64,000 nucleotides of DNA from Nitrospirales bacterium (GCA_965203295.1 CBDBCZ010000016.1:1216001-1280000); one strand, 5' to 3'; positions 13,001 through 25,600 are shown, counted from the first letter of the stretch. Numbers and translations are program-made. Notes: generated from the letters alone by a model not told the origin.

Positions 13001-13294
13001 AAATGGTATCCGGAGGTTCAACACTACGGTTCCAGTTGTATACATCTCCTAGTAGGATTGAAGAAAGATCTTCGAGATGATCCTGAGACGACAGCAAAGC
13101 TTTTGGAAGAAAAAACGGCTCCAATTACCGAACTCCAAGGGAAGGCTCTTGCGAAGAAGTTGAGAATGGAATATGTGGAATGCTCTGCTCTGACCAATGA
13201 GGGAATGAAGGAAGTTTTTGATACTGCAATACTTTTATTTCTAGACCATCAATACACTGAAGAAAAACTTTCCAAAAAGTGTGTAATTCAGTAA
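47..13294 (+). CDS. Predicted multi-exon kinase - coiled-coil - Rho GTPase fusion protein (~899 aa). Exons: 47-1066, 3555-3617, 3686-3802, 5978-6082, 6148-6240, 6417-6572, 7215-7364, 8745-8834, 9844-10011, 12161-12277, 12674-13294
   Basis: Each internal exon is flanked by AG/GT, is a multiple of 3 nt, is stop-free, and joins its neighbours in phase 0. The internal exons are E/K/Q-rich (coiled-coil-like). The kinase exon ends at a donor (ATTAAG|GTATAT) and the Rho exon begins at an acceptor (TTGCTATAG|GTGCAG). Confidence 0.75.
1900..2860 (-). mobile_element. Non-autonomous Helentron/DINE-1-like (HINE-type) repeat in intron 1
   Basis: Subterminal inverted motifs GGGGCGAGCC (~1925) and GGCTCGCCCC (~2845) and a (GACA)n microsatellite near 2789. 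Its 1900-2000 end matches 8290-8390 in the opposite orientation. Confidence 0.5.
5177..5802 (+). mobile_element. Academ(H)-like non-autonomous DNA transposon with a decayed RecQ-like helicase fragment
   Basis: Inverted termini CCTCGTACCCAGGCG / CGCCTGGGTACGAGGCTA. Internal 5444-5545 reads [29 protein letters not shown], a RecQ-type Walker A region with a stop codon. Confidence 0.65.
7670..8390 (+). mobile_element. Non-autonomous Helentron/DINE-1-like repeat (same family as 1900-2860)
   Basis: 5' GGGCGAGCCTGAGCGAGCCCC followed by a GTCC-type microsatellite; 3' GGCTCGCCCCACTATGCCCTGCATATCACTAGT. Confidence 0.5.
10799..11385. mobile_element. pogo/Tc1-mariner-type MITE
   Basis: Imperfect ~24-bp TIRs (CCGTAGACTCGGGTTATCAAGCGC / GCACCTGATAACTCGAGTGTACAG) flanked by TA on both sides. 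Confidence 0.65.
12674..13294 (+). CDS. Rho/Rac-family small GTPase domain (terminal exon) with CAAX box CVIQ
   Basis: G1 GDGAVGKS, switch I PTVFDNY, G3 [18 protein letters not shown]4 LKKD, Rho insert, G5 ECSAL, C-terminal KKCVIQ*. Starts with GTG directly after a TAG acceptor. Confidence 0.95.
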   Translation: MQERASIISGNQSIKIVAVGDGAVGKSCLLITYTTNGFPRSCIPTVFDNYSRDVEFIKRRYRFTLNLGFFDTAGQEDYDRLRPLSYPQTDVFLLCFSVISPASFENITAKWYPEVQHYGSSCIHLLVGLKKDLRDDPETTAKLLEEKTAPITELQGKALAKKLRMEYVECSALTNEGMKEVFDTAILLFLDHQYTEEKLSKKCVIQ

Positions 13295-15534
13295 CTATGG
13301 AAGACTAACTTTAGGTTGTACACTATTATACTGTATGTTACCTCTATATGAGCAGTATTTTGTAAGTTGAGGAAGGCTAGTTTTATGATTGTGAGTGAAA
13401 ACAGTACAGAACATATTGGAGACTTAGAAGCTACAACTGCCACCTCACCACATTATTGACCGACCCATATCGTTATCACCAGTGTTTTGAGCCACCCATA
13501 AACAAGATGTAATGCTTCAATTTGAGTCCCAGGTACACACTGAAACCCATACCGCTCACTTCACACAGAACTTGCAGTCCTAACTATGAATATTCTGGAC
13601 CCTTATATAGCTACCCCTGAATGCTTCAACGAAACTTTAGAGTTTTCCAGCTGCATGGGTGAAACCGCTCTGTCACTATAAGACTACTTACTATCTGCAA
13701 GAAATGAAACAAATACCCTGTATATGCACCTAGAAGAGTTAACCAGCATTGAAGAACATATATAGAAAGACGCTGAGTACGTATACTATCATTTTTATAT
13801 ACATGTAGAACAAAAACATCATCTTAACTGCATTATATATAGAAGTTTTGTTGAAGAAGAAAAACTGCCAACTGCATGTTTGCAGTGATTGTATTCTGGA
13901 TGTTATATGTAGCTAGGGGTCTTGTTTACTGCAATTTGCTATCGCTCTTTTTGCAAGTGTTCAGCATGCCTGATGAAAAAATACACAAACATTGGAGCAG
14001 TAGCCCATAACATTGTAAATCCCCTCCGAACTCTATTTAAGGAAAAAGCACTTTTCCAAAAAGTGCAAAAAGTAGTCAGTAGGGATGCACTTCCACCAAA
14101 AAACAATTCCCCAAAAACCAATTAAACAAGTGACAATGCACATCGCAATGCAATCAGTCTGAATCTATACAGATAATGTGCATGTGCACTGAAACTCAAC
14201 AACAACTACTCATCATTATCAACATTCCTGTTGAAGAAACAACATTTTGAAGACTCCATATTTGTTTGCGTTAGCTGTGACTGTGTTGTGTATGTTTCTG
14301 TTGAATATGTGGTGTTAAAGTGTTTCAGTACATGTATGTCTGATGACAAACTACTGTATACACTACATGTTATTCTGAAAGTAAACACAGCAATTATTTT
14401 GTAAACCTTAATGCACTTTAGCAACAACCAACTGATTATTCTTTCAGAAATAACCTTTTTTGGCTGCACATGAGTTCATGTTTGCTGTAATAGTGTTGTA
14501 TGACATTGTGTGTTTTTGTTGAATGTCATATTATACATTTTCAGTATGTCTGATGACAAAATATGTATTACACTTATGATTACAAACACAACTACCATGT
14601 AAACCTGAAATCCTGAATGCACTTCAGTAGCTTGCATTGTGAACTGTACATGTATGATGTTAAAGTAGCTACATTTTAGAGAGAACAGTTTTTCAGCTTC
14701 AAAACAATACCATTGTTGCCTCAAGGGAATGTGGCACTATATGTAACAAATTTGATTGCTCACAGGGCTAGACCAAAGTTAGACCGCCACCTTAAATATA
14801 ATAGAGCAAAATGTGTGAATTCTTAGCATTAACGAGCATAACTACATCATACAAACTGCTTTCCTCTACAGCCCCAGAATTGCTGTACTGCCAGTTATAT
14901 GTAAATTTACTGTTTCCATAATTGTTACAATAATGGCTGAGGTTACGATTAAAATGTAGACAAATGCTACTGTAACATTTATGTTGCTGTGGTATTCCAC
15001 ATAGCTAGAGGGTCTCATGGGAAGCAAGTGACTGGATACACCGGTAGCACACTTCGAACTATCTTGTATTTATGATATAACTAGAATAAATCTGAGTACT
15101 TCCAAGTGGCAATTGCAACAATACATGAAGCTAAAACTGATGCACTAAACCATGGTAGCACAAGTAAGCTCTGGCAGCTTTTTGCAGGTTATGCTTTTTA
15201 TAACTGGTGAGCCACGATAATCTACGTATTTTCTGGAATAAATTATAGCGCCCGGGCATTTATTTCCTTAACTACTCTGTAGATCCAGAGTGGCACAACA
15301 GAGGCCTGGGAGATGCAGCTTAGTACGATCCAGACCGGTGTGTCTATTTTGATGGAACATCCAAAACAGAAACTGGATAATGTGATGAAACTCCGGAATC
15401 ACCATTCTGAGGTGTTTACAACATATCACTATTCTGTCATCATAAATATTTGGGCTTCATTTGCGTTTTTAGTTCTTAAATCTGCAGGACAGTTCTCTTC
15501 ACTGAGCAGTTAACAAAAATTAATAGTCTCCACA

Positions 15535-17313
15535 ATGCAGGAGTGGCTTATTAGAGTATTTGCAGCAGTAGCCATTGTCACGTGGAGCTCAAACAATGTG
15601 ACAGCTGCCCTCTCCTGTTCTCCTGGGTTTGTGCCTCAAGGTGACGACTGTGTTTGTGGGGACTGGCCCAATGGAATGATCATCTGTGATGAAGACTCAA
15701 AGAAGGCCTCAATGCAAATTGGGTACTGCATGACATACAGCAACGAGACTGGAGAAGTGAGAGCCGGAGGTTGTTTACAAAGCTTCTTCAGAAATGATTC
15801 GTACAAATTTTACTATTCCCTTCCTAGTGAAGTGTTCCACCTCAACGACCGAGTGTGCAGCCCAACCAATAGCAAAGGTATACTCTGTGGAGAGTGTCAG
15901 GATGGTTTTACTGTTTCACCCACCTTCATTGTTAACTGTATCAATTGTACAGGTGCCTCTCACTCCCATGAGTGGATTAGAGCTATCGCTATTAGATATC
16001 TACCAATTACTTTTATCTTATGTGTTTCCATTATATTTTCGATCAGCTTTGTTTCTGGACCCATTAATTCGGTAATCTTTTTTGGCCAAGTCACTACAAC
16101 AAGTTACCATATATCCTTTCTTGCTAGTGTTCTGGGATCCCAAGGCACATATTATTCAAATAGAATATGGACAACAGCAGTAGCTGCAATTTACGATACT
16201 TTGAACTTGAAAGTTTTGAATAATTTCATAGCCCCTTTATGCCTGACAAACCACCTCACGAGGTTGCAAGCACATACACTTGATAGTTCAACAGCATTCT
16301 ATCCATTAATTATTATTTCATTTGTGTATGTCTGCATACAGCTACATAATCGAAACTTTTGGCCTGTTGTTTATTGTTGGAAACCCTTTCTAAAATGCTT
16401 CTTCTACATTCGAAGGAGTATTCATCCGAAAACTTCAGTCATCGATACATTTGCTACTTTTATTCTCCTTTCTTATGTAAAGCTAATGTATACTGCTTGG
16501 AGAATATTACTACCTACATATGTATACAATGGACATGGCCACAGGCTCAGCAACTTAGTTGTGTACATCAGTACTGATATCCAGTTTTTTCACAAGAAGC
16601 ACCTTCCGTTTGCTATCCCTTCTATTTTTATACTATTAACATTTACAACTATCCCTCCAATTGTGCTTACTTTTTATCAAAGTTCATTTCTTCAAAAGTG
16701 CATCTTGCGATGCAATATGAACCCTCAAGCTCTTCGTACGTTTGTTGAGACATTCCAAGGGTGTTACAAGGATGGCGTAACAAGTGGCACACGAGACTGC
16801 CGATACTTCGCAGGACTCTATTTCGTCCTTCGCATAATCGTTGTTATACTCTCTCTTGCTAATATTCATTTGTTCATCTTGTGCTCTTCTGTTCTTTATT
16901 GGTGTACAGCACTTTTATTTGGATCTGTTAAGCCTTACAAGAATCACATGTACAATTTCATAGATGCTGCGATACTGGGCCTAATGGGCACTATCTATAG
17001 CTTTATCTCATTAAACATTGCCTATGTGTTTTTGACAGGACATTCTTCAACAGTTTTGCTGGTGTTAACTGATGTATTGTATACACTTCCACTGCTGTAT
17101 TTGGTCCTGTTCATCATGTATTCGGTTGTAAACAGGAAAACAAACTGTATGCAGAGGCTCAAAGACTGCATTATATCAAGAAAGAACAATTTTGAAATTC
17201 CACATAGACTGCAAAACCCAGAGGAGTATGAAGAATTGACTGAAGAAAACAAAGTGGAATGCCCAGAGCCATTGAGGGCAGAGCACAGCAGCAACACTTA
17301 CGGAAGCTTTTGA
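15535..17313 (+). CDS. Orphan receptor-like membrane protein, copy A1 (signal peptide, Cys-rich ectodomain, ~9-10 TM), 592 aa
   Basis: Intact ORF with a hydrophobic N-terminus, CVCG/YCMTY/LCGECQDG Cys motifs, multiple hydrophobic segments, family motifs FQGCYKDG, DCRYF and PYK, and tail HRLQNPEEY...TYGSF. Confidence 0.9.
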   Translation: MQEWLIRVFAAVAIVTWSSNNVTAALSCSPGFVPQGDDCVCGDWPNGMIICDEDSKKASMQIGYCMTYSNETGEVRAGGCLQSFFRNDSYKFYYSLPSEVFHLNDRVCSPTNSKGILCGECQDGFTVSPTFIVNCINCTGASHSHEWIRAIAIRYLPITFILCVSIIFSISFVSGPINSVIFFGQVTTTSYHISFLASVLGSQGTYYSNRIWTTAVAAIYDTLNLKVLNNFIAPLCLTNHLTRLQAHTLDSSTAFYPLIIISFVYVCIQLHNRNFWPVVYCWKPFLKCFFYIRRSIHPKTSVIDTFATFILLSYVKLMYTAWRILLPTYVYNGHGHRLSNLVVYISTDIQFFHKKHLPFAIPSIFILLTFTTIPPIVLTFYQSSFLQKCILRCNMNPQALRTFVETFQGCYKDGVTSGTRDCRYFAGLYFVLRIIVVILSLANIHLFILCSSVLYWCTALLFGSVKPYKNHMYNFIDAAILGLMGTIYSFISLNIAYVFLTGHSSTVLLVLTDVLYTLPLLYLVLFIMYSVVNRKTNCMQRLKDCIISRKNNFEIPHRLQNPEEYEELTEENKVECPEPLRAEHSSNTYGSF

Positions 17314-17559
17314 GAACAGTCGTGTTGTATATCAAAATCTTTTACACTCACTGCACTTTAATCTTGCATTGGTTACACAAGTTACATTCAGTTGATGAAA
17401 TGTGTAACTATGCATGACTAAGATTCCTTTTCATGCTCATGCACATGTCATGTGTGAGATCATCAATATTCAATGGATTTTTCATCAGGATGTGTACAGC
17501 TTATGTTTCAGTTATGTGCTTATTACTGCATTTCTGCTTTTCTGCTACATCCCATTTGC

Positions 17560-17900
17560 TGCAGACGAGCAATAATTATATAGCTGTTTATCCACTGCCC
17601 ATAATTGTAATCACTGGTTGTGTTGTATGTAAAGGTACATTGGTGTTTTGTGGATATGAAAGCCATACACAAGACTGTAGGTGGTATGCAGCAGTGCACT
17701 TGTGGTGTTGGATGATAATATACATTGTGATTGCAATTACTCTTTCAGAACTTTTGCTATACTACTATTTTGCTCTCCTCATTTTTAATTACTGTATTTC
17801 ATCCCTACAAGTCTCAACACTGTTATTTTGTCATGATTTTTGTACTTGTGTCAAATATGGCATGTGTACCATACTAAAAGAACATGATATCACTGCTGGG
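17560..17900 (+). pseudogene. Decayed, internally deleted remnant of a B-type receptor gene
   Basis: Collinear fragments IAVYPL, DCRWYAAVHLW and (frameshifted) HPYKS match the B copies further right. Confidence 0.7.
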
Positions 17901-18702
17901 GCACACCCTGCCACTCTATCTTGGAATGAGGCAAAATCATAACCTGCATGGGAATGAGACTGGAGACTGACAGACTGCATGGTTGCTCATGCATGCAGGA
18001 CCTGTACCATACTGTATGGCCTCATGCAGTCTCAGCTTGGCAAAACAGATTATAATGAAATGCTTACTGCTTTTATTGAGCTTATCTAGACTGCATATTA
18101 ACTGAACTTACACTTGCAACAGCCAGCTATATTTTTTGATGATGGCCATATACAAGAAAGCCATCAATAATGGAATACTCAAAAAGTGATAAAATATTAC
18201 TTGCATGACTGATGTACATGTAATTTACTATATTATCTCTGACGTATTGCGCTACATGTAGTACCTATTATAGAAACTCAAAAAAGTAACTCAAAGATAG
18301 TTATAGTTGCTTTCATGCTTTCTTACTATACATGCACACCATTCAAGAATATTCAATCCCCAAGATATTACACTCTCTACTTTCAGTACACAGTTTTGGA
18401 GTAATAAATTACCCATTACGTGTTGTAGAGTGTGCACAACAGTGGCTTGGGAGTTGTAGACCTGCTGATTCTGATGGCATATTGAAAACAAAAACAGGAA
18501 TAAACAGGATATAGCTAACTAGTGATAAAATACTGAAATTCTCTTACATGATAATTATAGAGAAGGTGTTTAGAGGGATTTATAACAAACACAAATAGTA
18601 GTACACTGGATGTTATTATATATACTTTTATAGTTCGTTTGTGTTGTTAGTTTTTTCTGTGAAAATTTATCTCACTGAGCAGTTAACAAAATAGTCTCTA
18701 CA

Positions 18703-20477
18703 ATGCAGGAGTGGATCGTTAGAGTATTTGCAGCAGTAGCCATTGTCACGTGGAGCCCAAACAATGTGGCAGCTGCCCTCTCCTGTTCTCCTGGGTTTGT
18801 GCCTCAAGGTGACGACTGTGTTTGTGGGGACTGGCCCAATGGAATGATCATCTGTGATGAAGACTCAAAGAAGGCCTCAATGCAAATTGGGTACTGCATG
18901 ACATACAGCAACGAGACTGGAGAAGTGAGAGCCGGAGGTTGTTTACAAAGCTTCTTCAGAAATGATTCGTACAAATTTTACTATTCCCTTCCTAGCGAAG
19001 AGTGTGACCTCAACGACCGAGTGTGCAGCCCAACCAATAGCAAAGGTATACTCTGTGGAGAGTGTCAGGATGGTTTTACTGTTTCACCCACCTTCATTGT
19101 TAACTGTATCAATTGCACAGGTGCCTCTCACTCCCATGAGTGGATTAGAGCTATCGCTATTAGATATCTACCAATCACTTTAGTCTTCTGTGTTACCATG
19201 GCACTTTCAATCAGTATTGTATCAGGACCCATTAATTCAGTCATCTTTTTTAGCCAGGTCACTTCATCAAGTTATAATATAGCCTTTTTTGTTAGTGTTC
19301 TGGGATCCCAAGGCACTTCTTCTTACTCAAGTAGAGCATCGACAACAACAGTAGCTGCAATTTATGATTTTTGGAACTTGAGAGTTTTCAGTTTTATCAT
19401 ACCTCCTATATGCCTGACAAACCATCTCACTAGGCTGCAAGCATATGCACTTGAGGGTATCACAGCATTCTATCCACTGTTTCTCATCCTCTTCCTTTTT
19501 TTCTGCATACAATTACATGCCCGGAATTTTAGGCCTGTTGTATTTTGCTGGAATCCCTTTCTTAATGTTTTCACTACATCCAAAGGAGTATTGATCCAAA
19601 AACTTCAATCATTGATGCATTTGCCACTTTTATACTCCTCTCCTATGTGAAAATAATGGTTGTTGCAGGGAAGATGCTACTACCTTCAAATTTGTACGAT
19701 GGACATGGACACAAACTCAACACATTAGTAGTGTATATCAGTACAAATATCCATTTCTTTCACAAGAAACATCTTCCGTTTGCTATCCCATCTGTGCTTA
19801 TACTACTAACATTCACAGCTCTCCCTCCTATTGTTCTTACTTTTTATCAATGTTCACTGTTCCAAAAGTGCCTCTCACGATGCAAGATGAACTCTCAAGC
19901 TCTCCATACGTTTGTTGAGATATTTCAAGGGTGTTACAAGGATGGTATAACAAGTGGTACACGAGACTGTCGATACTTTGCAGGACTCTACTTCATTCTT
20001 CGCATAGTTATTTTTACACTCTCTCTTGCTAATATTCCATTGTTTGTCTTGTGCTCTTCTGTTCTTTATTGGTGTGTAGCACTTTTATTTGCATCAGTTA
20101 GGCCGTACAAGAACCACATCTACAATTTTATCGATGCTGTGATACTAGGCCTAATGGGCACTATATATACCTTTATCACATTCAATATTGCCTATGTATT
20201 TTTCACTGGGCATTCTTCAACATTTTTGCTGTTGTTAACTGATATATTGTACACCATTCCACTGCTGTATTTTGTTTTGTTTGTTGTGTACTGGATTATC
20301 AACAGAAAAACTAACTGTATGCAGAGGCTTTTTCAACGATCAATACAGGACCATTTTGATATTGCACATAGACTTCAAAACCCAGAACAGTACGAAGAAT
20401 CAACTGAAGGAAACAAAGTGGAATGCCTAGAGTCATTGAGGGCAACGCACAGCAGCAACACTTACGGAAGCATTTGA
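18703..20477 (+). pseudogene. Receptor copy A2, interrupted by a single 1-nt frameshift (real lesion or assembly error)
   Basis: Full-length paralog of A1 split over ORFs 18703-19650 and 19647-20477. At ~19564 it reads CTT AAT GT where A1 reads CTA AAA TGC (one A missing). Confidence 0.8.
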
Positions 20478-20769
20478 GAACAGTTGTGTTTTGTATTATA
20501 AATACTTAAACAGATTTTATACTCACTGCACGTCTAATCTTGCAATGTTAACGTAAAAGATTATTCAATAATTATACACGACTATATAGGATGCATGAAC
20601 TTCTAGCTTTATGCTCATGAGCATATATGTATGTTAACTCATACTAAACTCTACAAAAGGTTTGAGTGTGAGTTCTTTGATACTGAATGATTTGTCATCA
20701 TGATAAGTAGACATGTGACTTGACTGCTTAGGTTTCAGTTCTGTGTGTATTACGACATTTCTGCTGCAT

Positions 20770-21390
20770 CCCATTTCACTCTAGGTATTCTCATCTTAAA
20801 TCACTTTTAGCTTCCACACCCAGCATACATTCTCACATGTCCACAGTCCAGGCAATAGCATTATAGCTGTTTATCCCCTGGTCCTAATTGTAATCGCTGC
20901 ATGGCTGCACTGTATGTAAGGGTAACAGCTATACATTGGCTATGAAAGCCATATACACAGGATTATAGGTTGTTTTTAGAGGAGAGGTACCGAGGCTAGG
21001 TGGTATGTAGCAGTGCACTTGTTGTCTTGGATTATACATGTCGTTATGATTGCAATAGCTCTTTCAAAAGTATGGCTAGTTACTGTACAGTTCATCCCAC
21101 AAGTCTCTAGTTATTTTTCTTGATATGGTTTTCGTACTTGTGTCAGATATGGCACATGTATCACACTGAGAAATAACTCAGTTTCAGATATCTTGGATAT
21201 AATTGGTATCATTTTAGTGATTGTTCCACCTTTACCAGTATATGCATGACTTCAAGTCTTATACAGGCTACTATCTCAGTGTAGCTACAAACAGACTACT
21301 GAAAGGTTAAGGCTTGGCTACTATGCTAGAAAGTGCTCATGGAGATTCACAAGACTTAGAGACAGAATAGTTTACAACCATCCCAGGAAA
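20770..21390 (+). pseudogene. Decayed remnant of a B-type receptor gene
   Basis: Fragments HFTLGIL, IAVYPLVLIVI, RWYVAVHL and DRIVYNHP are collinear with the B copies, with many indels. Confidence 0.7.
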
Positions 21391-21944
21391 AGTAGTCTGA
21401 GGCTACTCACTACTAATGGAAACTGAAAGAAAAAACTGTATACCTACATGTAGGACAAATGATTATCTTACTGTTATCGGTAGTGTTGTTTGAGTGGTGG
21501 GGGGAAAACAGCTATGACTACAAGTTTTCTGTGAATGTATTCTGGATGTTATCTACTTTGTTTACTACTGTGCAGTGCAACTTGCTACTTTCTGTTTCTA
21601 CAGCATGTCTGATGACAAACATTACAGCAGTAAACCACAACATTGTGAATCCCCTCTGAACTCTAAGGTGTTCTTCAGAGCTTGTCACCAACATTTCAGA
21701 TTGTATAGTGATTCTCAAATAGTATGCTGTGGCCAATGCTTTCTCTAGTTCCAATGCAAGCCGCTCTTACGTTAGCATTTCTATACTGTAGCTATCACTC
21801 TTTGCCTATGCTAATATGCATTGGGAGTCACTGAGTATCAATTGCAGTAATTAGGCAAGTTTATTAGGTGAGGTACATTCACTGTTCCAAGGCTTACGGT
21901 GGCCCTGGAGGTCACTCCACGTTCCATACTCTGATCACCACGTT

Positions 21945-22031
21945 CCAATAGTCCTCACTCCTCATTCCAATAGTTCTCACTCCTCATTCCAATAGTCATC
22001 ACTCCTCATTCCAATAGTTCTCACTCCTCAT
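21945..22031 (+). repeat. 22-bp subterminal tandem repeat, ~4 copies (CCAATAGTYCTCACTCCTCATT)
   Basis: Directly visible; inverted counterpart at 27972-28125. Confidence 0.9.
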
Positions 22032-22603
22032 ATCATACGTACTTCCAAAATTATGAACTTTGAACTTTGATTCTCACTCCCCGCTCCTCACTCCAATAGC
22101 TCTCGTTCCAGTATATCCAGTGTCGCGCGCGCATGCTGGTACATGGTGCAGATACGTTATGATATTATTCAATGTTCTTTAATTGGAATACAAAACGAAC
22201 AGCAATGCTGGTGGGGACTATTTCACGGAACGGAACGGAACGAACACGGAACGGTCTAAAACGCGGAACAATGGCCATCAGTGATCAGTGCTGCCGATTC
22301 AACGCTGTACTCACTGTGTTCTACAATGTAATAATGCCACCAGAAAATTGTGTGAGTTAGCTTACATGACATTGACTGTAGGTAGTAGTATACTTTAATT
22401 TGAATGTGTGTGTGAAGTAGCTAAGTCTACATATTGAAATTTGAATAGTCTCTGTTTTTTTATTAGGGGCAAATTATAAAACTGTAAGAAACGCATACAT
22501 GGTAAGTTGTATAATGTTGCAGGCCATAATAAAAGGACATGCAGGTTGCTATGGTATTACAGTAGTAGTAGATGGAAGTTCTACAGTGTGAGTAGTCGCC
22601 ACC

Positions 22604-25600
22604 TCAGAGTGCTAGACTGCACTTTTTACCACGTGAGCAGAACCACTTCTTAGTGGTATTCCAAAACTCTCTTGGAATATCTGGCTTGCAGATGTCATGG
22701 AACCACTCTTTGCAGGCGTGGCATTGAATCATGCGGCCTCCTGTATGGGGTTGCCTGCAGCAACAGTAAAGTGCAACTTCTGTTGTACTTGACAGTCGTT
22801 GTCTCATTCTCCGAGGTTTCTCTTTCTCTGGAAAGGATGTTAGTTTTCCTTGTTGAAAACTCTCAAAGAGGTGGCTTCTCATTTGGCTCTGATCGTACCT
22901 GATTAAGTGGGGATCCTGGCCAAGACAAAGTGCGACTGTATTTGCAATTGCAAAGAGTGCGCAGTCACCACCCCCATTCTGCCTTTGCACATCTATGAAC
23001 CGTAGTTTTAAGCTAGGGCTCTTTGTGTTTAAGATTGCGGCAATTTGCTTTTTCAGAGTAGTGGATCCAGTTGAATAGGCAGGTATGCTGTCATAAATAT
23101 CGACAACCCCTTCTGGACACCCAATATTTGAAGAGCATACCCAGTGTTGTTTACAAATGTTGATGATCTGGACGAAATTGGTACAGTTTGAGGTCCACTG
23201 TAACTTCACGGCAAGAACAAGGGTGTCTTGTAAACCATTCTGCTGAGGATGTTGTTTCCGTAGAAGTTTGCTAACAGCGCTAATGTGTTTGTCAGTGAGC
23301 CACTTACCGCTTAATAGCTCAACTTTGTCTGAGTCACGAAGCTCAAGACCCTTCAGCCAATATGGTGACATTTGTTGCCGCGGAACATGCGCGTCTGCAT
23401 CAATGACCTCAAAGCAATCTTCTAGGTCATTTGCTGCTCCCTTTTTTAATACCTTCCTCTTCTTTCGTTTTGGGCTACAATTTTCACTTTGGAGCCTCTC
23501 ATGGGATTTGTTTTGCACTTTTGCATCTATTAATGGGGGAAAAGATGAATGTGAGTAGATATTTCACTATACAGAGTAGCTCAGTAGTATGCACCTCCAC
23601 AGCTGCTTTCAGATTGAGCCTTTTTAATCTCTTCCAATGAGGGCATAGGTGGGGGTAGAGGTGGGACATCCTCATCGTCAGTGTCTGCATTCATGTGTGT
23701 AAAAATTATAGCCACATGGTAGTGTATGCGTGGCCTTCTATTGCACAGATCCATCTATACCTTGAGAAAGGAAAAGACTGTCTTCTTCAATTGCAGCCAG
23801 TAGTGCAGAATCTGCACTAGATAGTATGTCCGCATTCTCCTCATTCTCAGACCAGACATTCTCATCCTCAGACTTGAGATTGTCTGCAGGTATACAATGT
23901 CTGCATGACCACAATAATATTATTATGAGAATCATTTTGAATATCTAACCTGTCAATTTAGGGCTGTGCTTCTGCTTGGCAGAAGACTTGTCTGAAGCAT
24001 CACGTCTGCTTCTGCTACTGCTGTCCTTACACATCAACTCCCAGAGTATGTCAAGTGCCTCAGTAGAATCGGACATGTCTTTATCTGCACAATATGGTAT
24101 GATACGATGCAAATACGGTATGATATACAGGAGTATTTGTTACTATTTAGGTGTACATTAATAATATACCATTTTTGATTTCCACATTGTGTGAAATGTA
24201 TGTAATTTTTTTAACAGACCATTCAGTTATACAGACTGTTTTGTTCCCTTCACCTGCAGTGTCAAGGGCTCTGTTTGATCCTTCTTTGATTGTCACTTGA
24301 GAGCCTAGACATGGACACGTCACATTAAACAGTGATAAGACTGATTTCTACACATAAAAGCATTGGTTACCTGCTGCATCCGGAGCGGGGACAACATCGC
24401 AGTCACCTGGGCGTGGACGTTTTCTACCTGACTTCTTTTCCTTTCTGGTGCGGACATTCTTCCGGAGCTGGGTGAGGTTTAGTTTCTTCTGCCCACTCGA
24501 CTGATCATCTTGTCCAATACACATTTTGGCTGCCAAAATGTGATAACATTGAGATGTGGACGGGCATGAGCAGGTTTCTCTCGGGAAGAGAGTTACAACA
24601 TGAGGCTGTTTTGACCCCCATACTGTAAAAGTGTGAAGCTTTGGGTCGATGTTGATTTTGTTGCATTCCAGTACTCGCTTTGCGCGCTCCCTTTGGCTCA
24701 GCTGGTGGTTTGATGTGCTGGTGTGCTGGTGGTTTGATGCACTCCTGTCCTGATCTTGGATACCATTGTTGATGGTGGGGAGATCAGGCAAGGAAGTGTC
24801 CAGACTTCCTTTGATTCGCGCAACTATTTTCTCTGGAGCGAAGATATTGTGCTCTGGTATGAGGGATGGTTGTGCTTTGACTATACAAGAGAACTGTCGG
24901 TGCAGGTGGTAGTTTCCAAGGCCTTGTTGACCACGTGCAATCTCCACCCTGTAGTATCCCTGTAGGTAGTGCAGGGCCAAGACCATACAATCTACAGGAG
25001 CCTCCCGCCACTGTTGCAATTCTTTGAGGACATAGTTGATGCCTTCGGCCTGGTTATTTGTCACCCCACTGTAGGGATCATACACACCATGTGGCTCAAT
25101 GGACCATCTTGCAATTGACTCAATATCTGGGTGTATGTTTGTACGGTAGTAGTCAAAGAATGGAGCACTCCACCTTTGAGCCATTTGTTTCAGCCTTTGT
25201 GTGTACTCTTCTCTTGTAGGGAGATGGAAAAGGGCTCTCATATCACTGAGATACACAGACACATCATCTGATGGTGCACCATGGCTTCTTAGCCACCTCA
25301 TTGCATCCTGAAACAGATGATTCCAGCATCTGAGGTGAGGTGCTGCTGGTAGATACTTTCCAATGGTAGCCACATATGCCTGTTCCTCATCGGTCACTAT
25401 CGGTTTTGCTGTTTTAGCAAGGGAGGGTACCAGCTTGCAGCAGATGCTGAAGAGCTCTTCGTGACATTCCTTCAATTTCCTTTCATGCAGTAGAAAGGCA
25501 GCTGGAATGACAGGGGCCTCTTCAAAAAGAGTGTGCCGAAAAGTGAGTGTTGATATGTAGAAATCCCCCAATTGAAAGGTGGTATCATAAGATAGTAACT

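Noticed and set aside
47..13294. ROCO/LRRK-type gene
   Set aside because: The GTPase is Rho-type with an insert helix and CAAX, lies C-terminal to the kinase, and no COR domain or LRRs are visible.
17433..17942. 169-aa ORF as an independent gene
   Set aside because: It is a chance open frame over a deleted, frameshifted B-type remnant.
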